A stretch of 64,000 bases of DNA, taken from an uncultured Alphaproteobacteria bacterium. GTDB taxonomy: Bacteria > Pseudomonadota > Alphaproteobacteria > HIMB59 > GCA-002718135. Below are positions 17,863-27,710 of the stretch, in pieces. A model generated the notes under the pieces. That model did no database searches. It saw only the letters and a list, made by a program, of their open reading frames with translations, and had not been told where the DNA came from. The stretch covers positions 46,038 to 110,037 of the forward strand of contig CACJEE010000001.1 in assembly GCA_902592345.1 (NCBI GenBank), read 5' to 3'. The translations under genes were made by a program, and so were the position numbers. Numbering within the stretch: position 1 is the stretch's first letter; each line of letters opens with the position of its first letter.

Positions 17863-19920
17863 CTATTCGATACCAAGTAATTTTTTCCTTTCATCAGCCC
17901 AAGTTCTAATAAGATTATCAGCAGCTAAGCAGATGAAGGAAACAAATATACCTAATGTTAAACCAATACCTGCACCATTTGGTCTTGATAAACATCCCAT
18001 AATAATTTGACCTAAATCTTCTGTACCAATTAAAGCACCTAAAACAATCATCATTAATGCAAAAATTAAAGTTTGATTTATTCCCAGCATAATATGAGGA
18101 AATGCTAATGGTAATTCAATAGATTTCCATCTTTGAAAATTAGACACCCCTGACATAGATGCAGCATCATGTAATGAAGATGGCACACTTCTTAGTCCTT
18201 CTACAGTATATCTTGTTGCTGGAACTGATGCATAAGCAATAGCAGCAATCATAACTGAAGTATCAGTAATACCAAAAAGAAGAATAACAGGTATTAAATA
18301 AATAAATGAAGGAAAAGTTTGAAAAAAATCACAAACACCAAGAATGAATTTAGCTGAAATTTCATTACGAGCACACAGTGAACCAGTTACAATTCCTAAT
18401 ATAGCAGATACACCTACTGCAAAAGTAGCCATATAGGCAGTAATCAAAGCTCTATTCCAATATTCAGATAATGCTATAAATAATATTAGAGCTCCAACTA
18501 TTATACAGGATCTGATTCCGCCAATAATGTATCCTGCGCCCATTACTAGAACAAAAGTAGACACTACCGGCATTCCAAGATAAGCATCTCTCATCACAAA
18601 AAGAACATTAGTTATTAAAAATTTATTAAAAATATTTAAGTAATAGAAAAATGTTTCCCAAATCCAATCTACACCAGCATCTAAAATTGGTGCAATTGTT
18701 AATCCTTCACCAAAGGGTATTAAATATAAATAGTTAAATCCTTCTTCAAAATAAAAAGCACTAATGTAAGCTATAACTCCTAAAATTGTTGTCAGTAAAA
18801 TAAAATAAATTGTGGCTAGATTTTTTTTATAAAAATTTAAATTTGCAAAATAATCTTTTTGTTTATTTGCCCATGCTAATGATAATTTATCTAATACAAC
18901 TGCAATTATAACCACACAAATACCAATTTCAGCAGCTTTTCCAATTTTAAGACCATTTAAAGCGACTTTTAAATTAAAACCTAAACCTTTTGCACCAATA
19001 AAAGCTGCTATGGTTGTCATTGCAAGACATTGCATTATAACTTGATTTACACCAATTAAAATATCCCTTCTTGCAGTTGGAATTAAAACTCTAAATAATA
19101 ACTGAAATCGATTACATCCGCTCATTAAACCTGATTCTACAACCTCTGGAGATATTTTTTTCAAGCCCAGAATAGTTAGGCGAATCATTGGAGGAGTAGC
19201 AAATATGATTGTTGCAACAGCACCAGCATGATCACCTATTCCAAATAATACCAAAATTGGCACAAGATATGAAAAGTGCGGCATTGTTTGTGCAATATTC
19301 AGGATTGGTTGGAGAGTTTTTTCAACTTTTTTACTCAAATATCCTAATATGCCAAAAGATAATCCTAATACAAAACAAATTGGAGCGGTAACTAAAACAA
19401 GAGATAAAGTTTCCATCGTTGGTTCCCATTGACCAAAAATAGAAACATAGAAAAAACCTATACTAGCAATAAAAGCTAAACCTAATCCTTTTAATCTATA
19501 ACCAAGAATAAATAATCCTATTACAACTGCAGTCCATGGGACAGCAGGAAGATAAAGCCATTTCAATTCTTTGAAAGCACCTCCAGTAATTGATCCTATT
19601 GTTTGAAGTCCACCTAGAAATATCTCTCTTATAAATATAATTAAAAATAATAGAAAATCTGCAATTGATCTTGTTATTATTCTAAAAATAGGTTTATCTT
19701 CATACATTTGCCAATCAGGATCATAAACTGGCACAGTAAGCCATTTAAACATCAGATTATCTAGTAAAGTATTAATTAATAATGGAATATCTTTTAAGAG
19801 TGGTGGCAATCTCCATAACAAACTATTTTCATTCTCGGGTACTAAAAAATATAAAAGTAAGAAAACAATAAATAAAAAACTAAATTGTTGTGGTCTGGAA
19901 TTTTTAAAATTTGTTAACAT
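17863..19920 (-). CDS. tmoW: betaine/TMAO-type ABC transporter permease, fused double-domain
   Basis: 685 aa with two permease modules, each carrying an EAA-type loop (ESGLMSGCNRFQLLFRVLIP and DAASMSGVSNFQRWKSIELP). The gene symbol is inferred only from linkage to tmm/tdm. Confidence 0.7.
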   Translation of the reverse strand: MLTNFKNSRPQQFSFLFIVFLLLYFLVPENENSLLWRLPPLLKDIPLLINTLLDNLMFKWLTVPVYDPDWQMYEDKPIFRIITRSIADFLLFLIIFIREIFLGGLQTIGSITGGAFKELKWLYLPAVPWTAVVIGLFILGYRLKGLGLAFIASIGFFYVSIFGQWEPTMETLSLVLVTAPICFVLGLSFGILGYLSKKVEKTLQPILNIAQTMPHFSYLVPILVLFGIGDHAGAVATIIFATPPMIRLTILGLKKISPEVVESGLMSGCNRFQLLFRVLIPTARRDILIGVNQVIMQCLAMTTIAAFIGAKGLGFNLKVALNGLKIGKAAEIGICVVIIAVVLDKLSLAWANKQKDYFANLNFYKKNLATIYFILLTTILGVIAYISAFYFEEGFNYLYLIPFGEGLTIAPILDAGVDWIWETFFYYLNIFNKFLITNVLFVMRDAYLGMPVVSTFVLVMGAGYIIGGIRSCIIVGALILFIALSEYWNRALITAYMATFAVGVSAILGIVTGSLCARNEISAKFILGVCDFFQTFPSFIYLIPVILLFGITDTSVMIAAIAYASVPATRYTVEGLRSVPSSLHDAASMSGVSNFQRWKSIELPLAFPHIMLGINQTLIFALMMIVLGALIGTEDLGQIIMGCLSRPNGAGIGLTLGIFVSFICLAADNLIRTWADERKKLLGIE

Positions 19921-19929
19921 TAACTATGA

Positions 19930-20970
19930 TTATTTTCCAAAAATTACTTTAATTACTTTAGTGGGATTTAAAGAACCTACAATTTCATTATTATTATCAA
20001 CTACAGTGAGTATTTCTTTGCTATTAAGAATTGATTCAGCTAACGTTTCTATAATTGCATCTTTAGATACTTTAGTAGAGCTTGAATTATTTGGATCATA
20101 AGTATCCATAATAGATTCAATTTTAAGAACTTTTTCTCTAGGTACATCTTCAGTAAATTTTTTTACATATTCAGTAGCTGGGTTCAGTACAATATTATCA
20201 GGAGTATCTAATTGCTCTATTATTCCATCTTTCATAATTGCAATACGATCTGCTAAACGAAGAGCTTCATCAAAATCATGTGTAACAAACATAATTGTTT
20301 TATTTAAAACTGCTTGTAATCTTAAAAATTCATCCTGCATTTCTTTTCTAATAAGGGGATCAAGAGCTGAAAACGGTTCATCTAAAAACCAAATATCAGG
20401 CTCTACTGCTAGTGAACGTGCAATTCCTACTCTTTGTTGTTGCCCACCAGAAAGTTCTCTTGGAAAATAATTTTCTCTACCTTTTAATCCTACTAACTCA
20501 ACCATCTCTAAAGCTTTTGCCATACTTTCTCTTGTATTAGTGCCCTTGACTTGAAGAGGAAAAGCAATGTTTTCAATAACAGTTTTGTGAGGTAGAAGAG
20601 CAAAACTTTGAAATACCATACCCATTTTATTTCTTCGTAATTCAATTAATTGTTTACTATTCATTGACAACAAATCTTCACCATCAATAAATATTTTTCC
20701 AGCAGTGGCATCTGTAAGTCTTGATATGCATCGAAGTAAGGTTGATTTGCCTGAACCTGATAATCCCATGACTACCATCATTTCACCTTTTTTAACTCCA
20801 AAAGAGGCGTTATTTACGCCTACAATACAACCAGCTTCTTGAAAAGTTTTTGCATCAACTTGTCCATTTGAGTTTTCTAGAAGTTTTAAAGCATTATTTC
20901 CAAAAATTTTATAAACAGATTCACACTTAATTACTGGGGTGTTATTAGAGCTATCTGATGATTGAGACAT
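19930..20970 (-). CDS. tmoV: betaine/TMAO-type ABC transporter ATP-binding protein with C-terminal CBS-like region
   Basis: Walker A GLSGSGKST, signature LSGGQQQR, Walker B IWFLDEPFSALD, and a ProV/OpuAA-like C-terminal extension. Confidence 0.75.
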   Translation of the reverse strand: MSQSSDSSNNTPVIKCESVYKIFGNNALKLLENSNGQVDAKTFQEAGCIVGVNNASFGVKKGEMMVVMGLSGSGKSTLLRCISRLTDATAGKIFIDGEDLLSMNSKQLIELRRNKMGMVFQSFALLPHKTVIENIAFPLQVKGTNTRESMAKALEMVELVGLKGRENYFPRELSGGQQQRVGIARSLAVEPDIWFLDEPFSALDPLIRKEMQDEFLRLQAVLNKTIMFVTHDFDEALRLADRIAIMKDGIIEQLDTPDNIVLNPATEYVKKFTEDVPREKVLKIESIMDTYDPNNSSSTKVSKDAIIETLAESILNSKEILTVVDNNNEIVGSLNPTKVIKVIFGK

Positions 20971-21009
20971 TTTTGAACAATATTCTATTTTAAACCTAAA
21001 TAAAATAAA

Positions 21010-21038
21010 AAAATCCCCCCTTTTTTTGGGGGGATTTT
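21010..21038 (-). terminator. rho-independent terminator/attenuator after the SBP gene
   Basis: On the minus strand AAAATCCCCCC-aaaaaaa-GGGGGGATTTT is followed by a T-run. It lies between the SBP stop (21056) and the ATPase start (20970). Confidence 0.7.
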
Positions 21039-21055
21039 GTATTAATTAAAACTTT

Positions 21056-21997
21056 CTAGTTTTTCCAAAGATCAATAAGATCTCTATTTTGAGCAATAAA
21101 TTCTGTTGCAGCTGCAGCATGATCCATGCCTTGGCTATCAACTAAATCTGCCATCAGACCAATTTGTGGAGCTGTGAATGACATTTTTGTATAAAATTTA
21201 TATGCATCCGGATGTGTAATAGGAAATTTGATGTGTGCAGCTTTTTTAAGCCACCCTTTAGGAGAACCACAACCTGTAGTTTCAAGAGTTCCTCCATTTT
21301 CCAATCTGCATCCTTCAAAGTATGGTGGAAAATCAATAAATGTAAAACCTGCTGCATCAGTAAAGTTTGGAGACCAGTTGAATATAACTGTTCCACGACC
21401 TTCTGCTTTTGCTGCTTTTAATTCTGCCCATAATGCATCTGCACTACCAGCAAATTTAACAGTCCACAAATCATCAATTCCTAGACCTTTAAGTCTGTTT
21501 GGCATAACGTCAGTATGCCACTCATAAGGTCCTTCTAACCAACGACCTTTTCCATCAGAGTCAGCTGTAGCAAAATTAGCTGCACATTCAGGTGACTTTA
21601 ATGCTTCCCAATTAGGCAATCCAGGACATAGTCCTTCATCAATTACCCAGTTAGGTACACCCATTTCCTCAAAAGTAATTAAGTTATGACTACCTGCATC
21701 AATCAAACCACCTTTATCCATTGCAGCATAAAAAGGAAGAGCCATAGTTGACTCCCATGTTTCGTGTGCAACGTGTAGGTCGCCAATTCTTACTGCTTCG
21801 TATCGTGAAGCTGACTCAGCTGGAACTAGTTCAGCTGTATGTCCCATTTCTTCAAATACTTGAGCCATAACATTTGCCATAACTATTTGACTTGACCAGT
21901 TTAAAACTGGTATTCTAATTGGATCAGCTGCTTTAGCAACACTACTAAAAACAAATAGCGATGCAACAACAGCGATCTTAGTTATAAATTTTAACAT
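21056..21997 (-). CDS. tmoX: periplasmic quaternary-amine (glycine betaine/TMAO) binding protein, OpuAC family
   Basis: 313 aa with a signal peptide (…FSSVAKA|AD). Trp/Tyr-rich OpuAC-type pattern (NWSSQ, ETWES, EWHTD). Divergent from tmm. A TMAO-specific role is inferred from context; glycine betaine is the alternative. Confidence 0.65.
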   Translation of the reverse strand: MLKFITKIAVVASLFVFSSVAKAADPIRIPVLNWSSQIVMANVMAQVFEEMGHTAELVPAESASRYEAVRIGDLHVAHETWESTMALPFYAAMDKGGLIDAGSHNLITFEEMGVPNWVIDEGLCPGLPNWEALKSPECAANFATADSDGKGRWLEGPYEWHTDVMPNRLKGLGIDDLWTVKFAGSADALWAELKAAKAEGRGTVIFNWSPNFTDAAGFTFIDFPPYFEGCRLENGGTLETTGCGSPKGWLKKAAHIKFPITHPDAYKFYTKMSFTAPQIGLMADLVDSQGMDHAAAATEFIAQNRDLIDLWKN

Positions 21998-22151
21998 ATT
22001 TCCTCCATATGGGTTTTGTTAAATATATATATATAACTAACAACTAAATGGTCTTATAGATAAAGCAATGCATTTGTTTCACAATTTGAAATAACTTTTT
22101 TCTTTAAAAAATCAATTTTTTAAGAGATAATCAATTTTTATTGGAGGATAC

Positions 22152-23486
22152 ATGACAAAAGTAGCAATTATTGGATCAGGACCTTGTGGATTATCAATAT
22201 TGAGAGCTTTTCAGCAAGCAGGTGAAAAAGGCAATGATATTCCAGAGATTGTTTGTTTTGAAAAACAAGAAGATTGGGGAGGTTTATGGAACTATAGTTG
22301 GAGAACTGGATCTGATGAATTTGGTGATACAGTGCCAAATAGTATGTACCGATATCTTTGGTCAAATGGACCAAAAGAATGTTTAGAATTTGCTGATTAT
22401 TCATTTGATGAGCACTTTAAACAACCAATACCATCTTTTCCTCCGAGAGAAGTTTTATATGATTATATTTTAGGTCGTGCCAAAAAAGCTAATATAAAAA
22501 AATATATAAAGTTTAATACTGTTGTAAGTAATGCTGTTTTTAATGGAAATAAATTTGAAATTACTTCAGTAAATAAAAAAGAAAACAAAACTACAAAAGA
22601 AGATTTCGATTATTTGGTTGTTGCTACAGGACATTTTTCAGTTCCATACATACCATACTATGAAGGAATGAATTCTTTTCCTGGAAGAATATTACACGGA
22701 CATGATTTTAGGGATGCTGAAGAGTTCAGAGGTAAAGATATTGTAGTATTAGGTAGTAGTTATTCAGCTGAGGATATAGCGCTTCAATGTTATAAGTATG
22801 GCGCAAAGTCAGTAACTATAGGTTATAGAAACAATCCTATGGGCTTTAAGTGGCCAGAAGGAATGAAAGAAGTTCATTATTTAGATAGATTAGATGGTAA
22901 AAAGGCAATCTTTAAAGATGGACACGAGCAAAATACTGATGCAATTATTTTGTGTAGTGGCTATCTTCATCACTTTCCCTATCTTGAAGATGCTTTAAAA
23001 CTTAAAACAGGTAATAGATTATATCCACCTAAACTTTACAAAGGCGTTGTTTGGCAAGATAATCATAAAATGATGTATCTAGGTATGCAAGATCAATTTC
23101 ACACTTTTAATATGTTTGATTGCCAAGCTTGGTTTGTCAGGGATGTAATTATGGATAAAATTACAATGCCTAGTGATGAAGATATTGAAAAAGATATTAA
23201 TAAATGGGTATTAGAAGAAGAAGCTCTAGAAGATCCAATTCAAATGATAGATTTTCAAACAGAATATACTAAAGATTTACACGCAGCATCTGACTACCCT
23301 GAAATTGATTTTGAATTAATTAGAAAACATTTTAAAGATTGGGAGCACCATAAAGAAGAAGATATTATGACTTATAGAAATAATTCATTCTCTTCAGCTG
23401 TAACTGGAACGGTAGCTCCAATACACCATACACCTTGGGCAGAAGCAATGGATGACTCAATGAAAACGTTTATGGAATCAAATTAG
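22152..23486 (+). CDS. tmm: flavin-containing monooxygenase, trimethylamine monooxygenase
   Basis: 444 aa with FAD motif IIGSGPCG, FMO-identifying motif FPGRILHGHDF (FxGxxxHxxxF) and NADPH motif VLGSSYSA. Adjacent to tdm. Confidence 0.9.
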   Translation: MTKVAIIGSGPCGLSILRAFQQAGEKGNDIPEIVCFEKQEDWGGLWNYSWRTGSDEFGDTVPNSMYRYLWSNGPKECLEFADYSFDEHFKQPIPSFPPREVLYDYILGRAKKANIKKYIKFNTVVSNAVFNGNKFEITSVNKKENKTTKEDFDYLVVATGHFSVPYIPYYEGMNSFPGRILHGHDFRDAEEFRGKDIVVLGSSYSAEDIALQCYKYGAKSVTIGYRNNPMGFKWPEGMKEVHYLDRLDGKKAIFKDGHEQNTDAIILCSGYLHHFPYLEDALKLKTGNRLYPPKLYKGVVWQDNHKMMYLGMQDQFHTFNMFDCQAWFVRDVIMDKITMPSDEDIEKDINKWVLEEEALEDPIQMIDFQTEYTKDLHAASDYPEIDFELIRKHFKDWEHHKEEDIMTYRNNSFSSAVTGTVAPIHHTPWAEAMDDSMKTFMESN

Positions 23487-25840
23487 GCTCTAACTCTACT
23501 TTTTGTAGGATCATAAAAAGGAAAAGGCACAACTTTAGCTGATATTCTTTTTTGATGACCATCAAGTTTGCCGATTTCAAGCTTTGTATTAAGTTCTGAT
23601 GAACGAACATCAATTCTGCTTAAGGCAATATTTTTATTTAAAGTTGGAGAAATTGTTCCACTTGTTATGATTCCAACTTGAGCTCTGCCACTATGTACAC
23701 AATCACCGTGATTAACTTTTTCATTACCTTCAATTTCTAATCCAACTAATTTTCTGTGAGGATGTTCTTTTCTCTCAACTAAAGCTTCTTTACCTATAAA
23801 ATTTTGCTCTTTAGTTTTAAGAGGAACGGTAAAGCTTATCCCAGCTTCAAAAGGATCTGTCTCATCACTAAATTCATTACCTCCTAGAATTAAACCTGCT
23901 TCAATTCTAAGTATATCAAGCGCTTCAAATCCCATTGGGGAAATATTAAATTCTTTTCCTGCATCCCATACTGCATCCCAAACTTTAGGAGCATCATTAG
24001 GGTGACAGTATATTTCAAAGCCAAGCTCACCTGTGTAACCAGTTCGTGATAACATAATTGGAATTCCTTTATGATCTCCGATTCTACTAATAGTAAAATG
24101 AAACCATTCTAAATTATTAACATCTGGATGGGCAGGAGCAGTCCATATAATTTTAGATAACACTTTTCTACTGTTTGGCCCTTGCACTGAAATATTATGT
24201 AGGTGATCTGTTGAGGACTTAATATTTGTATGGAGTTTTAATTCTTCACTTAATTGAGTGAGCCATTCTCCTGAATAATCACTACCGCAAATCCATCGAA
24301 AATTATGATCCCCTAATTTGTAGAGTGTACCATCGTCAATCATAGTTCCATTTTCGTAACACATTGCTGAATATACTACTTGACCAACTGCTAGTTTTTT
24401 TATGTTTCTTGTCAGTGCTACATTAAGTAATTCTTCAGCGTCAGGCCCAAGAACTTCAAACTTTCTTAATGATGATAAATCCATCATAACTACATTATTT
24501 CTACATTGAGTGTATTCTTTAATAGTTCCAAAATTATTAAATTTATTAGGAATCCAAAAACCTGAAGAATCCATCATATCATTTGTTAGTTTAGATGTTC
24601 TTGGGTGAAAACCTGTTTCTTTTGTTAGCATAAAATCACTTCCAGCATTTTTTCTATAACCAATAGATTTTGCAAATCTATTTTTTTCTGAATAAACTCT
24701 AACGTATATGTCTGTAGGGTTCCAGTCATTTGCAGTATCAATATCATCAGGACATGATGATGACACACATACAAGATCTTTCTGTGCTTGAAATAGGACG
24801 TAATCTCCGGGACGAGACCATGGCATGTCAGAAAAAATTACATTGTTTGCGTCTATACCAGTATTAAAAAATAAATTTATAGCAGCCCAACCATTTCTTT
24901 TTTCAATTCCATATTTATCAAGTGCATAATTAAAATTATCTGAACAATTTATATGACCAAAATATCCTTGATCTTCATATAATTTTCTTGTGCAAGCTGT
25001 TCCAAAAGTATCATGTCGACCAATAGTATCTTGCACTACCTCAACCAGAGGTTCTAGATTTTTATCAAAATATTTTGAGTGTAGACCTGGCATTGCATAT
25101 GAACCACCTAAAATTGCTCTACTTGCCGTAGTATCAATTGCAAGTTCTGTCCCATTTTGAAGTGCATTACTATCAAATGCCATAAAGTCTGAGCACTGCC
25201 TTCCAAATAAATCAATAATTTGAATATAATCTCCTTTTTTAATTTCATAAGCACTTGCAGAACTATCTTTTATTAAAAATTCTTCTTTAGGTGAAGCTAA
25301 AGGTTCAGGTAAAATCCTCTCTAATTTATTGTTTTTTGGATTTATTCTTTTAACTATAACTTCGATATCAGAAGGTGGATTTTGATTTCCAACTATCATA
25401 TTTTCACCAGGACAGGCTAAGATAATAAAACAATTTTCATTTACTGTTATATTTTCGCTATCATTTCTTTTAGAGTTTTCATTAAAATACAAAGATGAAC
25501 TAAATTTATTAAGATTAATTTTTTTATTCTTTAATTTTTGAATTAAAAATAATTTATCAGAACTGTTATTTAAAATTTCTTTCAAAAAAGAATTTTCTAT
25601 TTCAGGTTTTTTATTAATAATATTTTGATTATTATTTCCTTCACTATCAAAAATAGTTATTTCACAAATTTGATTACCTTCTAAGTTTTTAAGATATAAA
25701 TTATCCCCCTTATCTAAGTCTATACCAATTAAACCTTGTCCTTTAACAACATATCTCTCCGTATCTTCAGGAAGTCCGTATGAATCTAAGACAATAGGAT
25801 TTGATCTTCTTACTGCATATTTGTTGATATCAATATTCAT
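23483..25840 (-). CDS. tdm: trimethylamine N-oxide demethylase (DUF1989 + GcvT-like aminomethyltransferase domains)
   Basis: 785 aa. The C-terminal half has a GcvT-type folate-binding pattern (RTGYTGELGFEIY). Its stop codon overlaps the tmm stop (TTAG at 23483..23486). Confidence 0.85.
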   Translation of the reverse strand: MNIDINKYAVRRSNPIVLDSYGLPEDTERYVVKGQGLIGIDLDKGDNLYLKNLEGNQICEITIFDSEGNNNQNIINKKPEIENSFLKEILNNSSDKLFLIQKLKNKKINLNKFSSSLYFNENSKRNDSENITVNENCFIILACPGENMIVGNQNPPSDIEVIVKRINPKNNKLERILPEPLASPKEEFLIKDSSASAYEIKKGDYIQIIDLFGRQCSDFMAFDSNALQNGTELAIDTTASRAILGGSYAMPGLHSKYFDKNLEPLVEVVQDTIGRHDTFGTACTRKLYEDQGYFGHINCSDNFNYALDKYGIEKRNGWAAINLFFNTGIDANNVIFSDMPWSRPGDYVLFQAQKDLVCVSSSCPDDIDTANDWNPTDIYVRVYSEKNRFAKSIGYRKNAGSDFMLTKETGFHPRTSKLTNDMMDSSGFWIPNKFNNFGTIKEYTQCRNNVVMMDLSSLRKFEVLGPDAEELLNVALTRNIKKLAVGQVVYSAMCYENGTMIDDGTLYKLGDHNFRWICGSDYSGEWLTQLSEELKLHTNIKSSTDHLHNISVQGPNSRKVLSKIIWTAPAHPDVNNLEWFHFTISRIGDHKGIPIMLSRTGYTGELGFEIYCHPNDAPKVWDAVWDAGKEFNISPMGFEALDILRIEAGLILGGNEFSDETDPFEAGISFTVPLKTKEQNFIGKEALVERKEHPHRKLVGLEIEGNEKVNHGDCVHSGRAQVGIITSGTISPTLNKNIALSRIDVRSSELNTKLEIGKLDGHQKRISAKVVPFPFYDPTKSRVRA

Positions 25841-25908
25841 AATTTAATTTGTTTATATTTAAATTAATTTAAATAGTGAAAATTATCTTAATATATCTCA
25901 AATAAACT

Positions 25909-26784
25909 TCAATTTATTTTAAATTCTTCATCAAAAGACTCATTAAATTTTGTTAAATTTTCTGCAGTATAACTCTTATAATCAAATTCTATATTGGAGG
26001 TAATCTCAGAAACCATACTCCACATAGTCTCTCTCAACAAGGAAGCAGATTTAATAGCTTTATATTTTATAAGTAATTCTGATGATAATTTTTTTTCAAA
26101 ATAGTTTTCAAGTAAATATTTTTCTTCATTCTCATTAAAATTATTATTAGAAGCTAGTCCACCAAGATCAAACAATGGTGTATTAAATCCTGCATATTCC
26201 CAATCAATTAACCATATCTTTTCTTGATCTTGAATAAAATTTGCTGGAAGCAGATCATTATGACTAAACACTATTTCAAAAGGTGATGATAGACTTTCTA
26301 ATTTAAGAGCTTTTTTTAGAAGATCTGGAAGAATTTTTATGTATGCACTTTTATGATCATCTAAAAAATTTTTATAATTTCTTATTACATGAAAAACCCA
26401 AAAAATAACAGATTGGCCTATAAGTTTATCAGGAATTTTGGTATGAACTTTCTTTATAAGTTTTGTTATATTATCCAAATTTTTTTTAATATCTTCAGAC
26501 TCAAAAGTTTTACCTTCAACATAGTTAAAAACTTGAATTGATTTCTCGTTAAATAATAATTGTGGACAAATACCAATTTTAGAAGCTGCCTTGCTTGCCT
26601 GAACTTCATTTGATCTAAAAACTAAATGCTCTGGTATATCATCACCTATTCTCACAAAATATTTTTTAGATCCATCAACTACAAGAAAGTTTTTATTTGT
26701 AATCCCTCCTTTAATAGAGGAAATATTAATTTTACCCTTCCAGAAATTAATACCAGAAATTATTTGATTGCTTTTTTTATCCAT
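25909..26784 (-). CDS. choline/ethanolamine-kinase-like phosphotransferase (APH fold)
   Basis: 291 aa with the Brenner motif HNDLLPANFI and the kinase motif WLIDWEYAGFN. Confidence 0.7.
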   Translation of the reverse strand: MDKKSNQIISGINFWKGKINISSIKGGITNKNFLVVDGSKKYFVRIGDDIPEHLVFRSNEVQASKAASKIGICPQLLFNEKSIQVFNYVEGKTFESEDIKKNLDNITKLIKKVHTKIPDKLIGQSVIFWVFHVIRNYKNFLDDHKSAYIKILPDLLKKALKLESLSSPFEIVFSHNDLLPANFIQDQEKIWLIDWEYAGFNTPLFDLGGLASNNNFNENEEKYLLENYFEKKLSSELLIKYKAIKSASLLRETMWSMVSEITSNIEFDYKSYTAENLTKFNESFDEEFKIN

Positions 26785-26858
26785 AAATTATTAATTATAT
26801 TATATTTTATAATAAATAATTTACTATTAATCATATATATTTTGCATATAAATTTATT

Positions 26859-27620
26859 ATGACGCGCAATTATTTAAGTGGTTCAATAAAAAAAGCTTTA
26901 GCAATAATAGAATGTGTTGGAAAATCACCAAAACCTCTAAAAGCTAGCCAAGTTTCCTTAATTACTAAGTTAGATAGAGCCACGGCATTTAGGATTTTAA
27001 CCTATCTCACTAGCCTAGGATATATTTTTAAAGATACCTCTAATAATCTCTACTCTTTAGGACATAAAATTTTTGAGTTTGGTGATAAATCTGATTTTCT
27101 TAAAACATTGACAACTTTATGCTTTGAGTACATTAAAAATTTGTCTTACGAAACTAATCACATCACTTATCTTGCAGTCTTAGAAGGTCCTCATATTGTT
27201 TATTGTGATAAAGTTGATCCACAAGGTGAAAATGCTCCAAGAGCTTTTAGAATGAGGCTAGATGCTCACAGTTGTGCACTTGGAAAAGCAATTCTTGCTT
27301 ATAAATCAAGAGATGAATTAAGGGAAATCTATAAAAGTTATACCCTGCATAAACATACTTCAAATACCATTACTACTTTAGATAAGCTCTATCTAAATTT
27401 AGAAAAAGTAAGAAAAAAAGGCTATAGTATAAATGAAGCAGAAACATTTGATTATGTTTATGGAATAGGAGCTCCAATAATGGACTCTCAAAAAAGAGCG
27501 ATTGCAGGAATTTCAATCTCTGGAACCAAAGGAAGTATAAATGTTAAAACTGTGGAAGATTTAGCATACAAGGTCACAGATACAGCAAAAATGATATCAA
27601 AAAAATTGCTTGAAAACTAA
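26859..27620 (+). CDS. IclR-family transcriptional regulator
   Basis: 253 aa. N-terminal wHTH (KKALAIIECVG...LKASQVSLITKLDRATAFRILTYL) plus a C-terminal IclR effector domain pattern. Confidence 0.85.
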   Translation: MTRNYLSGSIKKALAIIECVGKSPKPLKASQVSLITKLDRATAFRILTYLTSLGYIFKDTSNNLYSLGHKIFEFGDKSDFLKTLTTLCFEYIKNLSYETNHITYLAVLEGPHIVYCDKVDPQGENAPRAFRMRLDAHSCALGKAILAYKSRDELREIYKSYTLHKHTSNTITTLDKLYLNLEKVRKKGYSINEAETFDYVYGIGAPIMDSQKRAIAGISISGTKGSINVKTVEDLAYKVTDTAKMISKKLLEN

Positions 27621-27623
27621 GAT

Positions 27624-27640
27624 GTTTCAATGCTTGAAAC
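27624..27640. promoter_or_regulatory. perfect palindrome GTTTCAA-TGC-TTGAAAC (candidate operator or weak terminator)
   Basis: Seen directly, 4 nt after the iclR stop and 70 nt before the FAD-oxidase start. A third half-site, TTGAAAAC, lies at 27611..27618. Confidence 0.3.
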
Positions 27641-27710
27641 AATTACTTTAAGCTGTATAGAGTTTAAAATAAACCTTCAAAATTAAAAAAAACTATAGGA
27701 AAATAAATAT

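Noticed and set aside
21154-21527. Three overlapping ORFs (69-99 aa) within or antisense to the OpuAC-type SBP gene
   Set aside because: They arise because this gene is relatively GC-richer and therefore has fewer stop codons in alternative frames. Nothing supports them independently.
25909-26784. APH-fold kinase as an aminoglycoside-resistance gene
   Set aside because: The motifs match the choline/ethanolamine-kinase branch. The context is amine metabolism, with no mobile-element or resistance-gene neighbourhood.
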